Origin: Harriotta raleighana
Lineage: Eukaryota
DNA length: 64,000 nt
Assembly: GCA_050575255.1 (NCBI GenBank)
Contig: JBNZDD010013731.1
Coordinates: 11,965,956-12,029,955, forward strand
Reading direction: 5' to 3'
The notes beneath the pieces were generated by a model. It made no database searches and was not told the DNA's origin. It was given only the letters and a program-made list of their open reading frames with translations. This document shows, in pieces, positions 34,364-46,856 of the stretch (its first letter is position 1; each line of letters opens with the position of its first letter). A program made the translations under genes and the position numbers.

Positions 34364-35939
34364 GTTAAACTATTTCTTGTTGGTGTATTTGCATTAAGCA
34401 TACACACGTTTTCCATTACTGTTGTCTTGCGTGTCATTTTGTCACTGTGTTGCTCACTGACATCACTCATTACATTGTGCAAAAGTCTAGGATTTTTCCA
34501 GAGTTTGAGATGTATCAACGAGTTTGTTGTACACTGATTGAAAGTACTCAGAAAGTGCTTGTTTTTCGGAACACTAATGTAAGTGGGTGATTTCTTAGTG
34601 CTCTGAGTTGAAGCTGTTTCATATAAACTGTGATTTGATTTTAGATTTTACACTAAAGTTGCTTCATCATGGTGATATAGAAGCTGAAAAAAAATTGCTA
34701 TTTTTTCTACCTATATTGCTGGTAGGGATTTACCCAACAAGGCTCAGGGAAGAATTGGGAGAGAGAAGGTAGGAATTCTATTCCCACTGGTGGCATTGTA
34801 CAATTATTTCTTCAGCATTTCACCAGCCTCAGCCTGGCATTGTTGCTAAGTGCACAAAGATTATCACTAACGTGCAGTGCTTACGTTTGTAGGAGATGAA
34901 GCACTTGGTCACATAAATATTTTTGTCAGGTACAGATCTCCGATTTTTATTGCTTAACATTTAAGTTACCTAAGGGAGATTCAGAACACAAAAACTCTCA
35001 ACTCTATGAGGAATATGCTTTGAGGAATAACAAGATAAAATGGGCTCTCAGCCTTGAAAAGAGATGTTTCAGGGGGAACCTTATTGAGCTATGTAAGATG
35101 ATAAATGAGATATATAAAATAAACCACGAACAGATGTACTGCACAGCTGGACAAGAAGGCACCAGACAGGATTATAAAATTTAGGACAGGCATCAGGAAG
35201 TATATCGTAACACAGAGTCATGGAAATGTGGCTAGAGTTACCAGGGAGAGTGGTATAAGTCAACACATTAGACTTATATAAAAACAATTTGATTCTGTAA
35301 TGGGAAGTGTTCCTTCTGGAGCAATGAGATTTTGGTCGCTGTTGAGAATTGTTGCCAGTATTCTTGTGCAGTTCATGATGAGACAGAGATTATAGCCAGT
35401 TGTTGGGAAATGCAAAGCACAGTTTACAGGTATTCAGATCAGCAATGATGTAATACCTAAAATAATCAATACTTTTGTATTGTTGGATGTGATATTTCTA
35501 ATATCAGTACAATAACATTACAATAATAATATCTACAATTGGGCTTTTCATCTATTGGTGTGCAAAAGGGCACGTTTTTCTTTAGAATTTCTTTCTGCTG
35601 TAACATTAAACAGTGAAGGTTTAAGGTGTCGTTAACATTTTTTATTTCCTCTGAAATATATCAATTTATCAATGGAAAGATCCAGTGACTGAACCAATCC
35701 TTTAATCTCCAGCGATACTGATGAAATGCTATTTAAAATTCATTCCTCTGCCCATTTTGTATTGTCTCTTATTATTTGCCACAATTTGTGAGAAATTTGT
35801 GTTTCAAATACATATGGAAACAGGATATTGTAACAGCATGAACTGCTTTGTATTATAAATGCATTGACATCCTGAATATTGTGTCATTTTGATTTGTAAA
35901 TAACTTATTTTTCGTTTACTCATTTTTGTGAAACACTAG

Positions 35940-35983
35940 GCTGGGGGAGATGATCCATCAAAACCGCCTTGGTTTAAAGGAGG
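35940..35983 (+). CDS. unc13b: unc13b 44-nt exon AGGDDPSKPPWFKG(G), phase 0-2
   Basis: CACTAG| and GG|GTAAGT; corresponds to IPDDGDPSLPQWLPEG of Munc13-2; bridges the CaM exon (phase 0) to exon 38120 (phase 2). Confidence 0.9.
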
Positions 35984-36622
35984 GTAAGTCATTCCTTTTT
36001 TGATCAGAGCAAATCACACAAATAAGTAAAATAGCTGTAACAATTGTCAGGGACTAAATAGCAATTTGGTTTTGTTGGACTATTTCTTTCTATTCTTGCT
36101 GAGCAGTGAATCCTATTGGATGAAATTTGAGATTTGCAAGAATAAACAATTATGGCCACCTTTTTGAGTTCTATGTAATATCCTTCCAGCTCCCCTTACC
36201 AAGAAACTGTTATCACCCGATTTTAACTAATAATCTGTCACTCCACCTTTCAAATCCTGTGAAATGTTTTGAGACGTCTCAATGAGCACATTAGGCACAA
36301 TGCTAAATGCAAAGATTAATATTATTATTATCATCAATGGCAGGATTGGCCTATCAACAATGTTTGAATGGATTGACCACTGTTATAGTTATGAACAACA
36401 GGCATCAGAAATCAAATGCTTTTAATTTATTCTAAAATGACCCAAGAAACAATAAGCGTGGAAAACACATTTCTTAGCTCTTGAATGGTGTGTGACAGGA
36501 GCAGTTGTTTTTCTCAAATCCAGGCAACTGTGAAGAATAATTAGGGAAAACAGTGAACCAGTGCTAGACTACAGCAGTTCTTGAGGCCGACAATAGATTA
36601 CATTTGTACATTTGTATTCCAT

Positions 36623-36960
36623 TCAGGTCTGGAGGAAGTCCCAAGGCGCAGGACAGTTGGGGTGGGAGTGACTGGGATCAGAGGGTGGAGGACAGGGAGT
36701 GTAGTCAGAGGCGCAGTCAAAGAGATCTGTCTTGAATGAGGCAAAGAAGTGAGCGAGGTGAAGGGAATGTGGGATGGAGTTCCAAAGGATGGAAGCAGAG
36801 AGGCTCAAGGTCCAACTGCTCATGAAAGGGTGGGCTGGGCGTGTGATATGGAGCAGGCCAAAATCTGCTGATTGGAGGGAGCAGACAGGTTGATATGGGG
36901 TTAGGCAGGTCACAGAGGTAGGAAGGGGCAAGGCCATTGAGGGCCTTGAAAATGAGTGTC
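36623..36960 (-). mobile_element. L2-like LINE 3' fragment
   Basis: Minus-strand YQPVCSLQSADFGLLHI...LWNSIPHSL...ASFKTDLF, typical L2 ORF2 end. Confidence 0.8.
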
Positions 36961-36975
36961 TTGATAGGATGTGGT

Positions 36976-37150
36976 TATAATAATCCTTGCATTTAATGTA
37001 GTGCTTTTCACATCTTATCAATGTCTCAAAGTGCTTCACAGAATACTGTATCCGATAAAGTCAATTGTTTGTATATTTGTGGGTGAAACATGGTAGCCAA
37101 TTGCGTACAGCAATGTCCCCACAAACAGTCGTGGATTGAAATGACCAATT
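36976..37150 (-). mobile_element. SINE family A, 3' half
   Basis: Reverse-complement match to the tail and body. Confidence 0.85.
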
Positions 37151-37891
37151 TTATTATTGTTTTTTTTATATAAAGTTCTGCTTGTCCAGTTTGGTCTATT
37201 TCTTATGTGCAACTGTTAATGCAACACTGCATGTTCGTTCTCTGCTTTGTGTATTTATTACTATTATGCAATATGTTATTTGTAAAACTGTCTTATTTTC
37301 GGCTAATCTCTTTGAAAGATTAATTGTTATACAGTATAGACCCATTTGTATGTCATACTCTTTTGTGATGCATGATGGAGGTTGCGACTCCTGGCAGACA
37401 GCTACAGATTCAAAGCATTGAGTTATTTCTTCATGCGATTACTTAATTGAGAGCTTCTTTGGGTACCAAACTGTTAAACCGCGAGAACTCTGCTCCAACA
37501 TAATCTACTTCCACATTCACATGTGTACTCGGGGAAACATTTCAAGGTTTTTTGATGTGCACCAAGTTGCTTGAAGGTTGAGTGTTTGGATCACCACACA
37601 CTCAACCACAAACTCTCAAATACTCCCTGAGGGAAAGTTGAGGTAATGTACCATATCAGCGTATCCTGCTGTGTGGAGAAGCCTGACCTCTGAGGTTTAA
37701 GTCCATTAGTAAGGATTGCACAAAGAAAAGGAATTATCGGTGCAACGTTTTTGCTTATGAGTCCATGTCTTTTGTGATCACAGAGCAACACTGTTAGAAT
37801 GCATGGTAGAATGTGGATTTGTATAGAGTATGGGTCTGTGCTCACTGGAAGTGTGGTATAATCTGCTTATGGTGCTGACTACCCTACTCGC

Positions 37892-37917
37892 ATGCTTAAC
37901 AAATGGCCAATTTATAG
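37892..37917 (+). CDS. unc13b: Candidate alternative first coding exon MLNKWPIY(R), phase 2
   Basis: ATG with an in-frame upstream TAA (37859-37861); donor TAG|GTTGTC in the phase needed for exon 38120. The donor is not strong. Confidence 0.45.
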
Positions 37918-38119
37918 GTTGTCAGGTTAACACTGATGTCAATTTGCGTGTGCACACAATGCACTGGATGAATGCTGATATCATCCCATTTGGTGTGTGT
38001 ACATGCTAGCTGCAGAAAGCGTTGCTGATGTCACTTCACAAAAGCAGTGACTACAGCAATGCTTCCTGTGCGTACGCATGGTGATGTCACAAATATGAAT
38101 ACTTTTGGTGTTTTTGCAG

Positions 38120-38198
38120 GACTGGAGGTGGCCTGTTTGGTATTGACAGCATGCCAGACCTCCGGAAGAAAAAACCCATTCCACTTGTTAGCGATTTG
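38120..38198 (+). CDS. unc13b: unc13b exon [26 protein letters not shown], phase 2-0
   Basis: TTTTTGCAG| and TTG|GTGAGT; conserved Munc13 [17 protein letters not shown]. Confidence 0.97.
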
Positions 38199-38804
38199 GT
38201 GAGTTTTTCTTCTTTCCCAAAATAAATGTACATGTGTTGTAAGTGATCCCATATGTACTTGCAATATATATATATTTTTAAATGCTGTTGGTAATTCTGC
38301 CTCTCCCCCCTCTGTTTTGCGTTCTAATTTTATTCAACTGTTGATTTGGAGAAAATTCAGATGCTTTTATTTTGGGGATTCCAGGGAGAATGTGGTTTGC
38401 ATTTCAGCCAAGATTTTGCCTCATAGTTTTGGCCAACGTCCGTGCTTCAGGCCACTTTGGAGAGGAAAAACAATACAGTACAATAAGCCTTGGTTCATAT
38501 TGTATGTTTTGCAATCAACAATGGAATCTGTATAGGTTTGGGTTATGTGAAAGGAAATGGATTTAGGACCTACCTGGCAAGGTCATTTCAGAAGCTGATC
38601 TGTGAAGCATACTGAATAGTTGCAATATAAATGCAGGATGGGTTTGATCAAAATTAGTTCCCAGATCTTCGATCCTGGTACCTCATCTCCAACACCCATC
38701 TTTGTTCTCCATTAAAACATTGGAAACTTAATGTAACTCAACTCACTCATTGTTTCTTAGAGTCTCAAGCTCAAAATACTGTAGGGTCTTAACCTATAAA
38801 TCTA

Positions 38805-39190
38805 CAGTAAAACCCCGTTCATCCAGCACACACAGGACCTGGCCAGTGGCGGTTAAATGATTTTCCGGTTGAACAGATTTTAAAAAAATATTTTTTTTAA
38901 TTAAAAATTATTTTAACACATACCATATTAATAATAGACTAAATAATAACAGAATATTGTATTAGTACTTTATTTATACTTAACTTTGCAACGGCAGCCC
39001 TCACCTGACGGAGGTAAAAAAAAAAGCGTGACTTTTAAAAGGAGCAGGAGCGAGTTTAGACCCGACTAGTGGCCAGCTGCACCAGTACTGCTCCAGTACT
39101 CACGTGCGACAATCGATTCATTAAATACGTCATCGCTATTCACCAGATAACTTCCGGTTCATCGAGTCACGGATAAACAAGATTTTGCTG
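38805..39190. mobile_element. MITE family B
   Basis: TA|CAGTAAAACCCCGTTCATCC ... GGATAAACAAGATTTTGCTG|TA. Confidence 0.88.
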
Positions 39191-40385
39191 TATTTTGTCT
39201 TCAAATCTAAGATCATGCAGAGTAATGTAAAATTCTTAAATTGAGACTTGAGTTTGGAAGCCGGTTCTTTGCAAAATATGTGAAAAAAACAACTTCCAAA
39301 TAGACAGAATCTAGGAATTTTACATAATTTTGAGATATCTTAACTGTTAAGAGATATGGTCTTATGGGTTAAGACTAGACCTTTGAGGTATGCAGGTTTG
39401 AGCAGTTTTTATTCTACTTGCAGACATCTCAAGCAGAGAACCTTACTTCTAGCAGAATGACCATTGTGTTAAAAGTATCTGCCTGCACCTTGCAATCACT
39501 TGTTCTTGGTTTTATTCCTCCATAGATTCCTAAGCACACATTGCTTAACCTTTCCGCCAGTTACACCCTCACCTCCTTAATACTGTAGATTGCTTTTACT
39601 AAGTACCAATGCAGAAAACAAAATTTTAGGTCAGAGCTGCTCCATGCTGCATTCACTTGATTTCTTTTTAAGATCCCTGTGGCTGGAAATATTTGTAGTT
39701 TAAACATGTATTTTTTTTCTATCTTAATGTACCTGTGTATTTCTTAATTTGCCTTTCTACGTGGATTCCTTTCTTTATAATGATGAAATGTTTCCAGTGG
39801 TCAATTAATTATGAATTGAACTGTCTCCTTTTAGCTTGCTGCAAAGTGTTACACAAACTCAGGGAATTTTACAATGTACTGAATATGTTATACAGGGTTT
39901 CTAAATACAGTAATTCTTTAACAATCTGTTATTGATTTAACACTAATTGCTTTACTGTTAATGCATTATTGTTTGCATTATTATTCGTTTAAAAGAAGTA
40001 TTGGCCAATTTCAAAGCATGCACATCAGAATAGTGAAATTATCCAAAAATATTTGAATTCCATAAAAATAAGTGCCTTTTGGTGTGCTTAAAATCATCTA
40101 AATAGACACAAACTTTAAAAATGGTGATTTAACTTCATTAGAATTTGAGATGGAATTCTAAATATTGTACAATATTATCCAGATTTGTTAATGAATTGTG
40201 AGATGATCTAGACAGCAAGGCGAGATAAACCCAGTTTTTCCTAATTTACAAGATTACAATTTATGGACTGGGTACTTTCCATTAGTTAAATAACATTATC
40301 ATATAACTTCTATTACCAACTGACAAGTTGATTTCAGCAATAACATATTATAATTCTTTTGTATGCAATCGTTCCTTATGTGCAG

Positions 40386-40391
40386 GCCATG
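40386..40391 (+). CDS. unc13b: unc13b 6-nt microexon GCCATG (Ala-Met), phase 0-0
   Basis: TGTGCAG|GCCATG|GTAAGT with an upstream TGC at 40364; gives VSDL-AM-SLVQ as in Munc13-1 and neural Munc13-2. Confidence 0.9.
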
Positions 40392-41050
40392 GTAAGTGGT
40401 GCAACAATATCCCAACTAGACAAAAAAAAAGTTTGTCTTTTTTGTCTAGCTACCCCTTATTCCACCACTTCCTTGTTTAATCCTAATTTACAGCATGTTC
40501 CTGATAGTTTCCTGTACTGTATCATCAATATTTTTACCTGTTTGTTTTTAGCATAATTTAATTCTAGTAAACAATACTATATTGCTCTGAAACAGGACTG
40601 AACCTTATACACAGTGCAGAATGTTGTCTTATATGCTAAGACTAGACATGGGGAGGAGAAATGCAAACATTTGGATTGATTACTGACTGAACTTGGATTC
40701 CAAATAGCTTTGATGATGTTTGCTCTTTATGGTATTTGTGGACTGGTTGATCTGAGACAGCTGCGAATTGCCCCGAATGATATATTATGTATCTTATCAT
40801 TCAAAATATTTCCGAATGAATTCTTTTCTGATGTCTTTTCAACTGCCTGATGTGAATAAGGTTCAACACTTCAGAACTGTAGGGAAAAACAACCTTGTTT
40901 GGATAGTTTTTAATTTATACAAGATATTATTTCAATTCTTATTACAAAGATTCACCTATTTTAGAAGTTCCTTTTGCATGTTTATTCACAGCAGAGTTAA
41001 TTTTGTGTCTCTTTAACTAATTCCTTAACATTTTTGGTTTCACATTACAG

Positions 41051-41125
41051 TCGCTTGTACAGTCGAGGAAGGCTGGCATTACCTCGGCAATGGCCACTCG
41101 TACCTCCCTAAAAGATGAAGAGTTG
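41051..41125 (+). CDS. unc13b: unc13b exon [25 protein letters not shown]
   Basis: TTACAG| and TTG|GTAAGA; [13 protein letters not shown] is the UNC13B-type sequence (UNC13A has ALASSTLNNEEL). Confidence 0.97.
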
Positions 41126-42449
41126 GTAAGAAAAATGGAATGTCATAACGTGTTTGTTATTATGTGTTTTTATCCCCATACTGATTGCTTAGATGAGCTC
41201 TGTCAATCTTGTCATCTTCTTGAAAACTTTCCTCAGTGACCTTCCCATCTATTTTGGGAATAAGGTGAATTTATTCATCACCTTTTCCTTACTTCTGATG
41301 CTTGGAGTCACTTTGATTGCATAACACCACACCTTTCCAACTGCAAAATATCTTTCCCATGCAAGCTGTGCCTTGCTTTGTCAGAGCTGCACTCCAGATC
41401 AGCCCTTAGTGATGTTTTATACAGCATCAACATACAGCTTTTGATTTTGCTCCCTTTAAAACGCATTTCCTTATTTGATTTTATTGCAGCCAAGAACTGC
41501 TTTATTTATTCATACTTTGGTATAATTTATACATTCAAAGATGTTGCTTGAGGCACAGTCTCTCCACTTAGCAATATATCCTGTGAAGGTTTGGAATATC
41601 CTCCTGATGTGAAAGGCACTATACCAAATGCAATGTTTATTATTAATAATAAGTAGTCCTTCCTCCAGTTATTAGAAATAGCAAAGGTGTATTTCAGTTG
41701 CTGCTGCTAACAAAGCTTGTAAAATACATGTGTCTGCTCTTTTGTAGTCCAACCCTGAAAGATCACAATGTAAAATCACCTCAAATGTATTTTTTTCATT
41801 CCATGTGTTTTGGGCATTCAATCATTCATTAATCAAAGCAGTCAGCTCGTTTATCAGCACTATAATGCTGTGCCTTATAAGGTCATGGGCCTCATTCACA
41901 GCTCATTCAGCAACATAATTATGATTAATACTGTTTCTTGATGCTTGGAATGACTTAGCTTGGATTGCACTTGAAATATTATGCATCAATGGCTCACTGG
42001 AAAACTAATTATAGTTAGCACTCAGTTTCTTGTCTGAAGTGTTTATGTCCAAGTCCAAATTTAGGGTCCCATGTTTAGATTTTCTTTTGGTAGTTTTTCT
42101 TCCCCCACTCTCCGCCCCCCCGTTTTCTTCTTTCCTCTCCCGGAAGGTGTTTTGAATTTTGACACTGCTGAAGTACAATTACGTGACTACCATTTGTTTT
42201 TGTTTGAACACAAGCATCTCTAGCAATATGAGATTCACAAACAGGAAGCATGATTTAATATCTCTGGGCTAACCTAAAGCTTTGAAGCCAATTTCTAATA
42301 TCCCAAAAGCTGGCCCAGCTGAGAACAACAAACACAGCGTAAACCAAGAAGTGAACCTGGGACATTTCCAGTTTACATGCCTCAGCAAACTTGCTAAATA
42401 ACTTGCTGAGCTACTGAGAGCTGAAAGCCTAATGTTTAATGGAGGATAA

Positions 42450-42950
<501 letters not shown>

Positions 42951-43917
42951 TAGGTTCATCTGAATTGTAAATCCTACCGTTCTCTACTTCCAGATCCATA
43001 GCAATCTACTATCAACATTCCGTTGGGTCTGTCTCCCTGGGCCAATTCTGCTTTATATTCTATCAAACCCACAATACAATAACAACAACAAAATTTATAG
43101 AGAGCCTTTCAGATCGGGAGGATGTCCCAATAAAGCTAATAAAAGCAATTGTCTGAATGCTTTGAAAGACTAAAGTGGAAGTAATAAAAGATGTCTGAAG
43201 ACAGTAATGTGGGGAATTTTTGTTTAATCTACATGTTCAAGAATTAGGGATTGAATTGTTGGAGTCAGTTTTGATGGTGCAGTGGACAGAATACCAGGTT
43301 ACATACTAGGAGCTGCTTACAATTCTGGTTCATGCTGATTTAAGCACTCTGACACTCCGTCCGGCATGGAGGGTGTTATACAAATCCAAGTTGTTGTTGC
43401 TGATACTGCCGATGTCAGTCAGGGCTGCTTGGGGACTCTCCTTCCCAAAGTTATGGTGGGAAAAAAGTTTTCCTGCCCCTTTCAGCACTTTCTATGGTTG
43501 TGCACTATTGTGACGTATGGGTGGGGAGAGAGATCAGGCTCAATGTTGATTCCCTCTACATTGGAGTGTCCTGCTGACATTCACTGCTGAGGCTCATATG
43601 ATGAGTAGAGTTCTGCAGATCATCCAATGCTTGCGGGACCACAGCCCAGCAAGGGGAAGAGCAATTTGACATGTGCCCACTCGGTGAAAGTTAGAAAAAA
43701 TTTAAAATGTTAAAAACGTCTGAAAAAATCAAATTGCTTAACAATGCTATATTAAGTTCCAATGGTAAGGAAGGAGCAAAACTAACATACTGTATTTAAT
43801 TGTGATTCAACATTGGCCAACAAATCCTTGAGATGCACAATCATGGTAATGTAACACCTGTAAATCATTTTGGGGGAAATGTGGTTTTGTTGATGCTGCG
43901 ATGTTACCTTTGAACAG

Positions 43918-44145
43918 GAGCCGCGGAAAAGAGCTCCAAACATGGGGCGGAGGATCGGACACAGAACATCATTATGGCGATGAAAGACAGAATGAAAATC
44001 CGAGAACGCAACAAGCCAGAAATCTTTGAGTTGATCCGTGATGTTTTTGGGGTGACCAAAGTGGCACATGCACAACAGATGAAGACGATCAAACAGAGTG
44101 TACTTGAGGGAACTTCCAAGTGGTCAGCAAAGATTACTATAACAG
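43918..44145 (+). CDS. unc13b: unc13b exon, C1-C2B linker (R)[26 protein letters not shown]...WSAKITIT
   Basis: GAACAG| and ACAG|GTACAG, phase 1-1, conserved peptide. Confidence 0.97.
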
Positions 44146-44154
44146 GTACAGGGC

Positions 44155-44527
44155 CGAAATATAGTCAATTCACTTTACACTATATTCTGTGAGGCGCTTT
44201 GACACATCTCGAAGACGTGATAAGGTGCTATATACTAAACTACGCCTTACAAGTGTGAGACTTGTGTTCGAATCTGGGCAGATCAGGGCGAAACCTTGGG
44301 CAAGTTTACTTATTCCACACACCTAATAATAATCCATCCCAAAAAACCACAATAATAAAATTGGTCATTTCAGTCCACAACTGTTCGTGAGACACCGCTG
44401 TGCGCAATTGGCTGCTGTGTTACGCCCAAAAATGTACAGTCAATTCATTTTACAGTATATTCTGTGAAGCACTTTGAGACGTCAATCAAATGCAAGTATT
44501 ACTATTATATCAAATGCGAGGATTATT
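44155..44527 (+). mobile_element. SINE family A tail followed by a second, near-complete copy, starting about 10 nt after the exon donor at 44145
   Basis: AGTCAATTCACTTTACA...GTGCTATAT, then CGCCTTACAAG...GGCGAAACCTTGGGCAAG...GCGAGGATTATT. Confidence 0.85.
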
Positions 44528-44921
44528 TTTATTAAAATTAAGTCCACATTATCCGTTTTTAATAAACTGGAAAATGTTAGGGATCTTAATCACCGATGCA
44601 CTCAAATTTCAGTCATTTCAAATGAAGTCTCAAAGTATCCAAATCATTTTCTCCTTTTACTTGAATGCTCCAGTTAGAATAGTTATCCCACTTGCGAGGG
44701 TGAAAGTCTGTTCTCCATATAAACAAAACAAGTATCACACTCAATGCATTGCCACATTACAATTTACACCACAAGTGCAGAACAATTATATTTGTGGGTG
44801 AGACAGTATCCATACATAAATATCATTTTAAGTGCAGAATATTTTCTTGTTTGTTGCAAATATTTATTCAGTCTGGGTGACAATAAGGACAAATTAATGT
44901 GGTCTCATTTAGTGCCTAAGA

Positions 44922-45233
44922 TCAGTGGTTAGAGCACTTGCATATAAGCATGAGACCCGTGTTCGAATCCAGGCAGATCAGGGCGAAACCTTTGACAAGT
45001 TTCCTTACTCCACACACACACGCACAACTAATAATAATCCCTCCAAAAAAACCACAATAATAAAATTGGTCATTTCAATCCACGACTGTTTGTGGGACAC
45101 TGCTATGTGCAATTGGATGCCACGTTTCACCCACAAATATACAGTCAATTCACTTTAGAGTATATTCTGTGAAGCTCTTGGAAACATCAATAAGATGTGA
45201 AAAGTGCTCTATCAAATGCAAGGATTATTATTA
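44922..45233 (+). mobile_element. SINE family A
   Basis: TCAGTGGTTAGAGCAC...GTTCGAATCC (B box)...GCAAGGATTATTATTATT. Confidence 0.9.
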
Positions 45234-45968
45234 TTCAACTCATCTGCTTCAGTTTATTCACGCCGTTTGCATTATGTGAAGCCTCCTGCTTCAGGGTTTT
45301 CACAATTATCATTAAAATCTTGCAATTCAGAAATCAGTTAGTACAGAAACACAAATATATGCTACAACCTCACAAATGTCATGGAACTGGTGGATGCTTC
45401 CAGTCCATGACTCATGTGGCACAAAATGCTTTCTAGCACAGAAAGATCTTGTTTTTCAGTTTAACGTATTACATAACACTAACACAGTCTGACATTCTTT
45501 GGTGTTAGATTTCAGGAATGTTGACAAATGTTACTCTTAAATATCCATATTCAGTGGCCTCCCTCAGCTGCATGACCCTGTTTCTGTTAGAGCTGATAGC
45601 CTACAGAATACAGACTCCAAACGTTATAGTAAATCCTGAGACATGCTTTCAGATACCCTCCTGACACGAAATGGGAAACTTAAAGAGAAGGACTTAAAAA
45701 GTTTTTTTTATTCATCCCCACCCTTTCTCTGCGATCTGCAACCTTACTCCAAGGTTGCTCCTTCTGCTCAACAAACACTGGCCTGCTTCACCTTCAGAGG
45801 GTGAGTTTCAGCCTTTCTGCCTCACTCTCTGGATCTCCTTGCCAGATCTCGCCCACGTTTACCCCTATCTTCGCCCACAAATATACAGGCAATTCACTTT
45901 ACAGTACATTTGTTGAAGCGCTTTGCGACATTTAGAAGACGTGAAAAATGCTATATCAAATGCAAGTA

Positions 45969-46410
45969 CAGTAAAACCTTGTTTATCTGTGACTTGATGA
46001 ACCGGAAAACCCGTTCAACCGCCATTTCAAAAAAAAGTCCTGATTCGATGAACTGAAATTATCCGGCAAATAGTGATGACACGTTTAATGAATGAACTGT
46101 CGCAAGCGAGTACTGGTACAGATACTCGCCCCTGGCCACTAGTCAGGTCTAAACTGCGCCTGCTCCTTTTAAAAGTCACGTTTTTTTTTACCTCCGTCAG
46201 GTGAGGTTCTCCCATTGCGAAGTTATGTATAAATAATAAAGTACTAATACAATATTCTGTTATTATTTAGTCTATTATTAATATGGTATGTGTTAAAATA
46301 ATTTTAATTTTTAAAATGTTTTTTAAAAAATTATTTAAATAATAATCCGTTCAACCGGAAAACTGCCATTGGCCAGGTCCCGTGGATACCGGATAAACAA
46401 GGTTTTACTG
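45969..46410. mobile_element. MITE family B, opposite orientation, inserted in the tail of a SINE fragment (about 45870-46421)
   Basis: TA|CAGTAAAACCTTGTTTATC ... GATAAACAAGGTTTTACTG|TA, perfect 19-bp TIR; flanks rejoin as AAATGCAAGTATTATTATT. Confidence 0.92.
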
Positions 46411-46714
46411 TATTATTATTATCTTCATGCCTTCAAAGTCTAACTAAAGACCTGTTTTTCTGACTATGCTTTCAATTACCTCCTTTTTTTTAGTGACTTG
46501 TTTTCCTCCTTGAGATCTATCGAATAGCACCTTGGTACTTTAGTTTTCATTACATTTTCACCATTTGTGTGACCAGTATTTATGGAGACTTAAGATGTAT
46601 TTATTGTCACTGCCACAGTAATGAGCATGGTGAAAAAGACACTGACATTACTGAGAACTTTGGTGCAGCAAAACCTTTTAGACACTAAAGTGTGGTGTTC
46701 AATCTTGTCTACAG

Positions 46715-46856
46715 TGGTGTGTGCACAGGGACTTCAAGCCAAGGATAAAACTGGCTCCAGTGACCCATACGTCACTGTTCAGGTTGGCAAAACCAAGAAA
46801 CGAACAAAGACTATCTATGGGAATCTGAACCCTGTCTGGGAGGAGAAATTTTATTT
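46715..46856 (+). CDS. unc13b: unc13b exon, C2B domain part 1 ([47 protein letters not shown])
   Basis: CTACAG| and TT|GTAAGT; Ca2+-binding Asp residues present. Confidence 0.98.
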
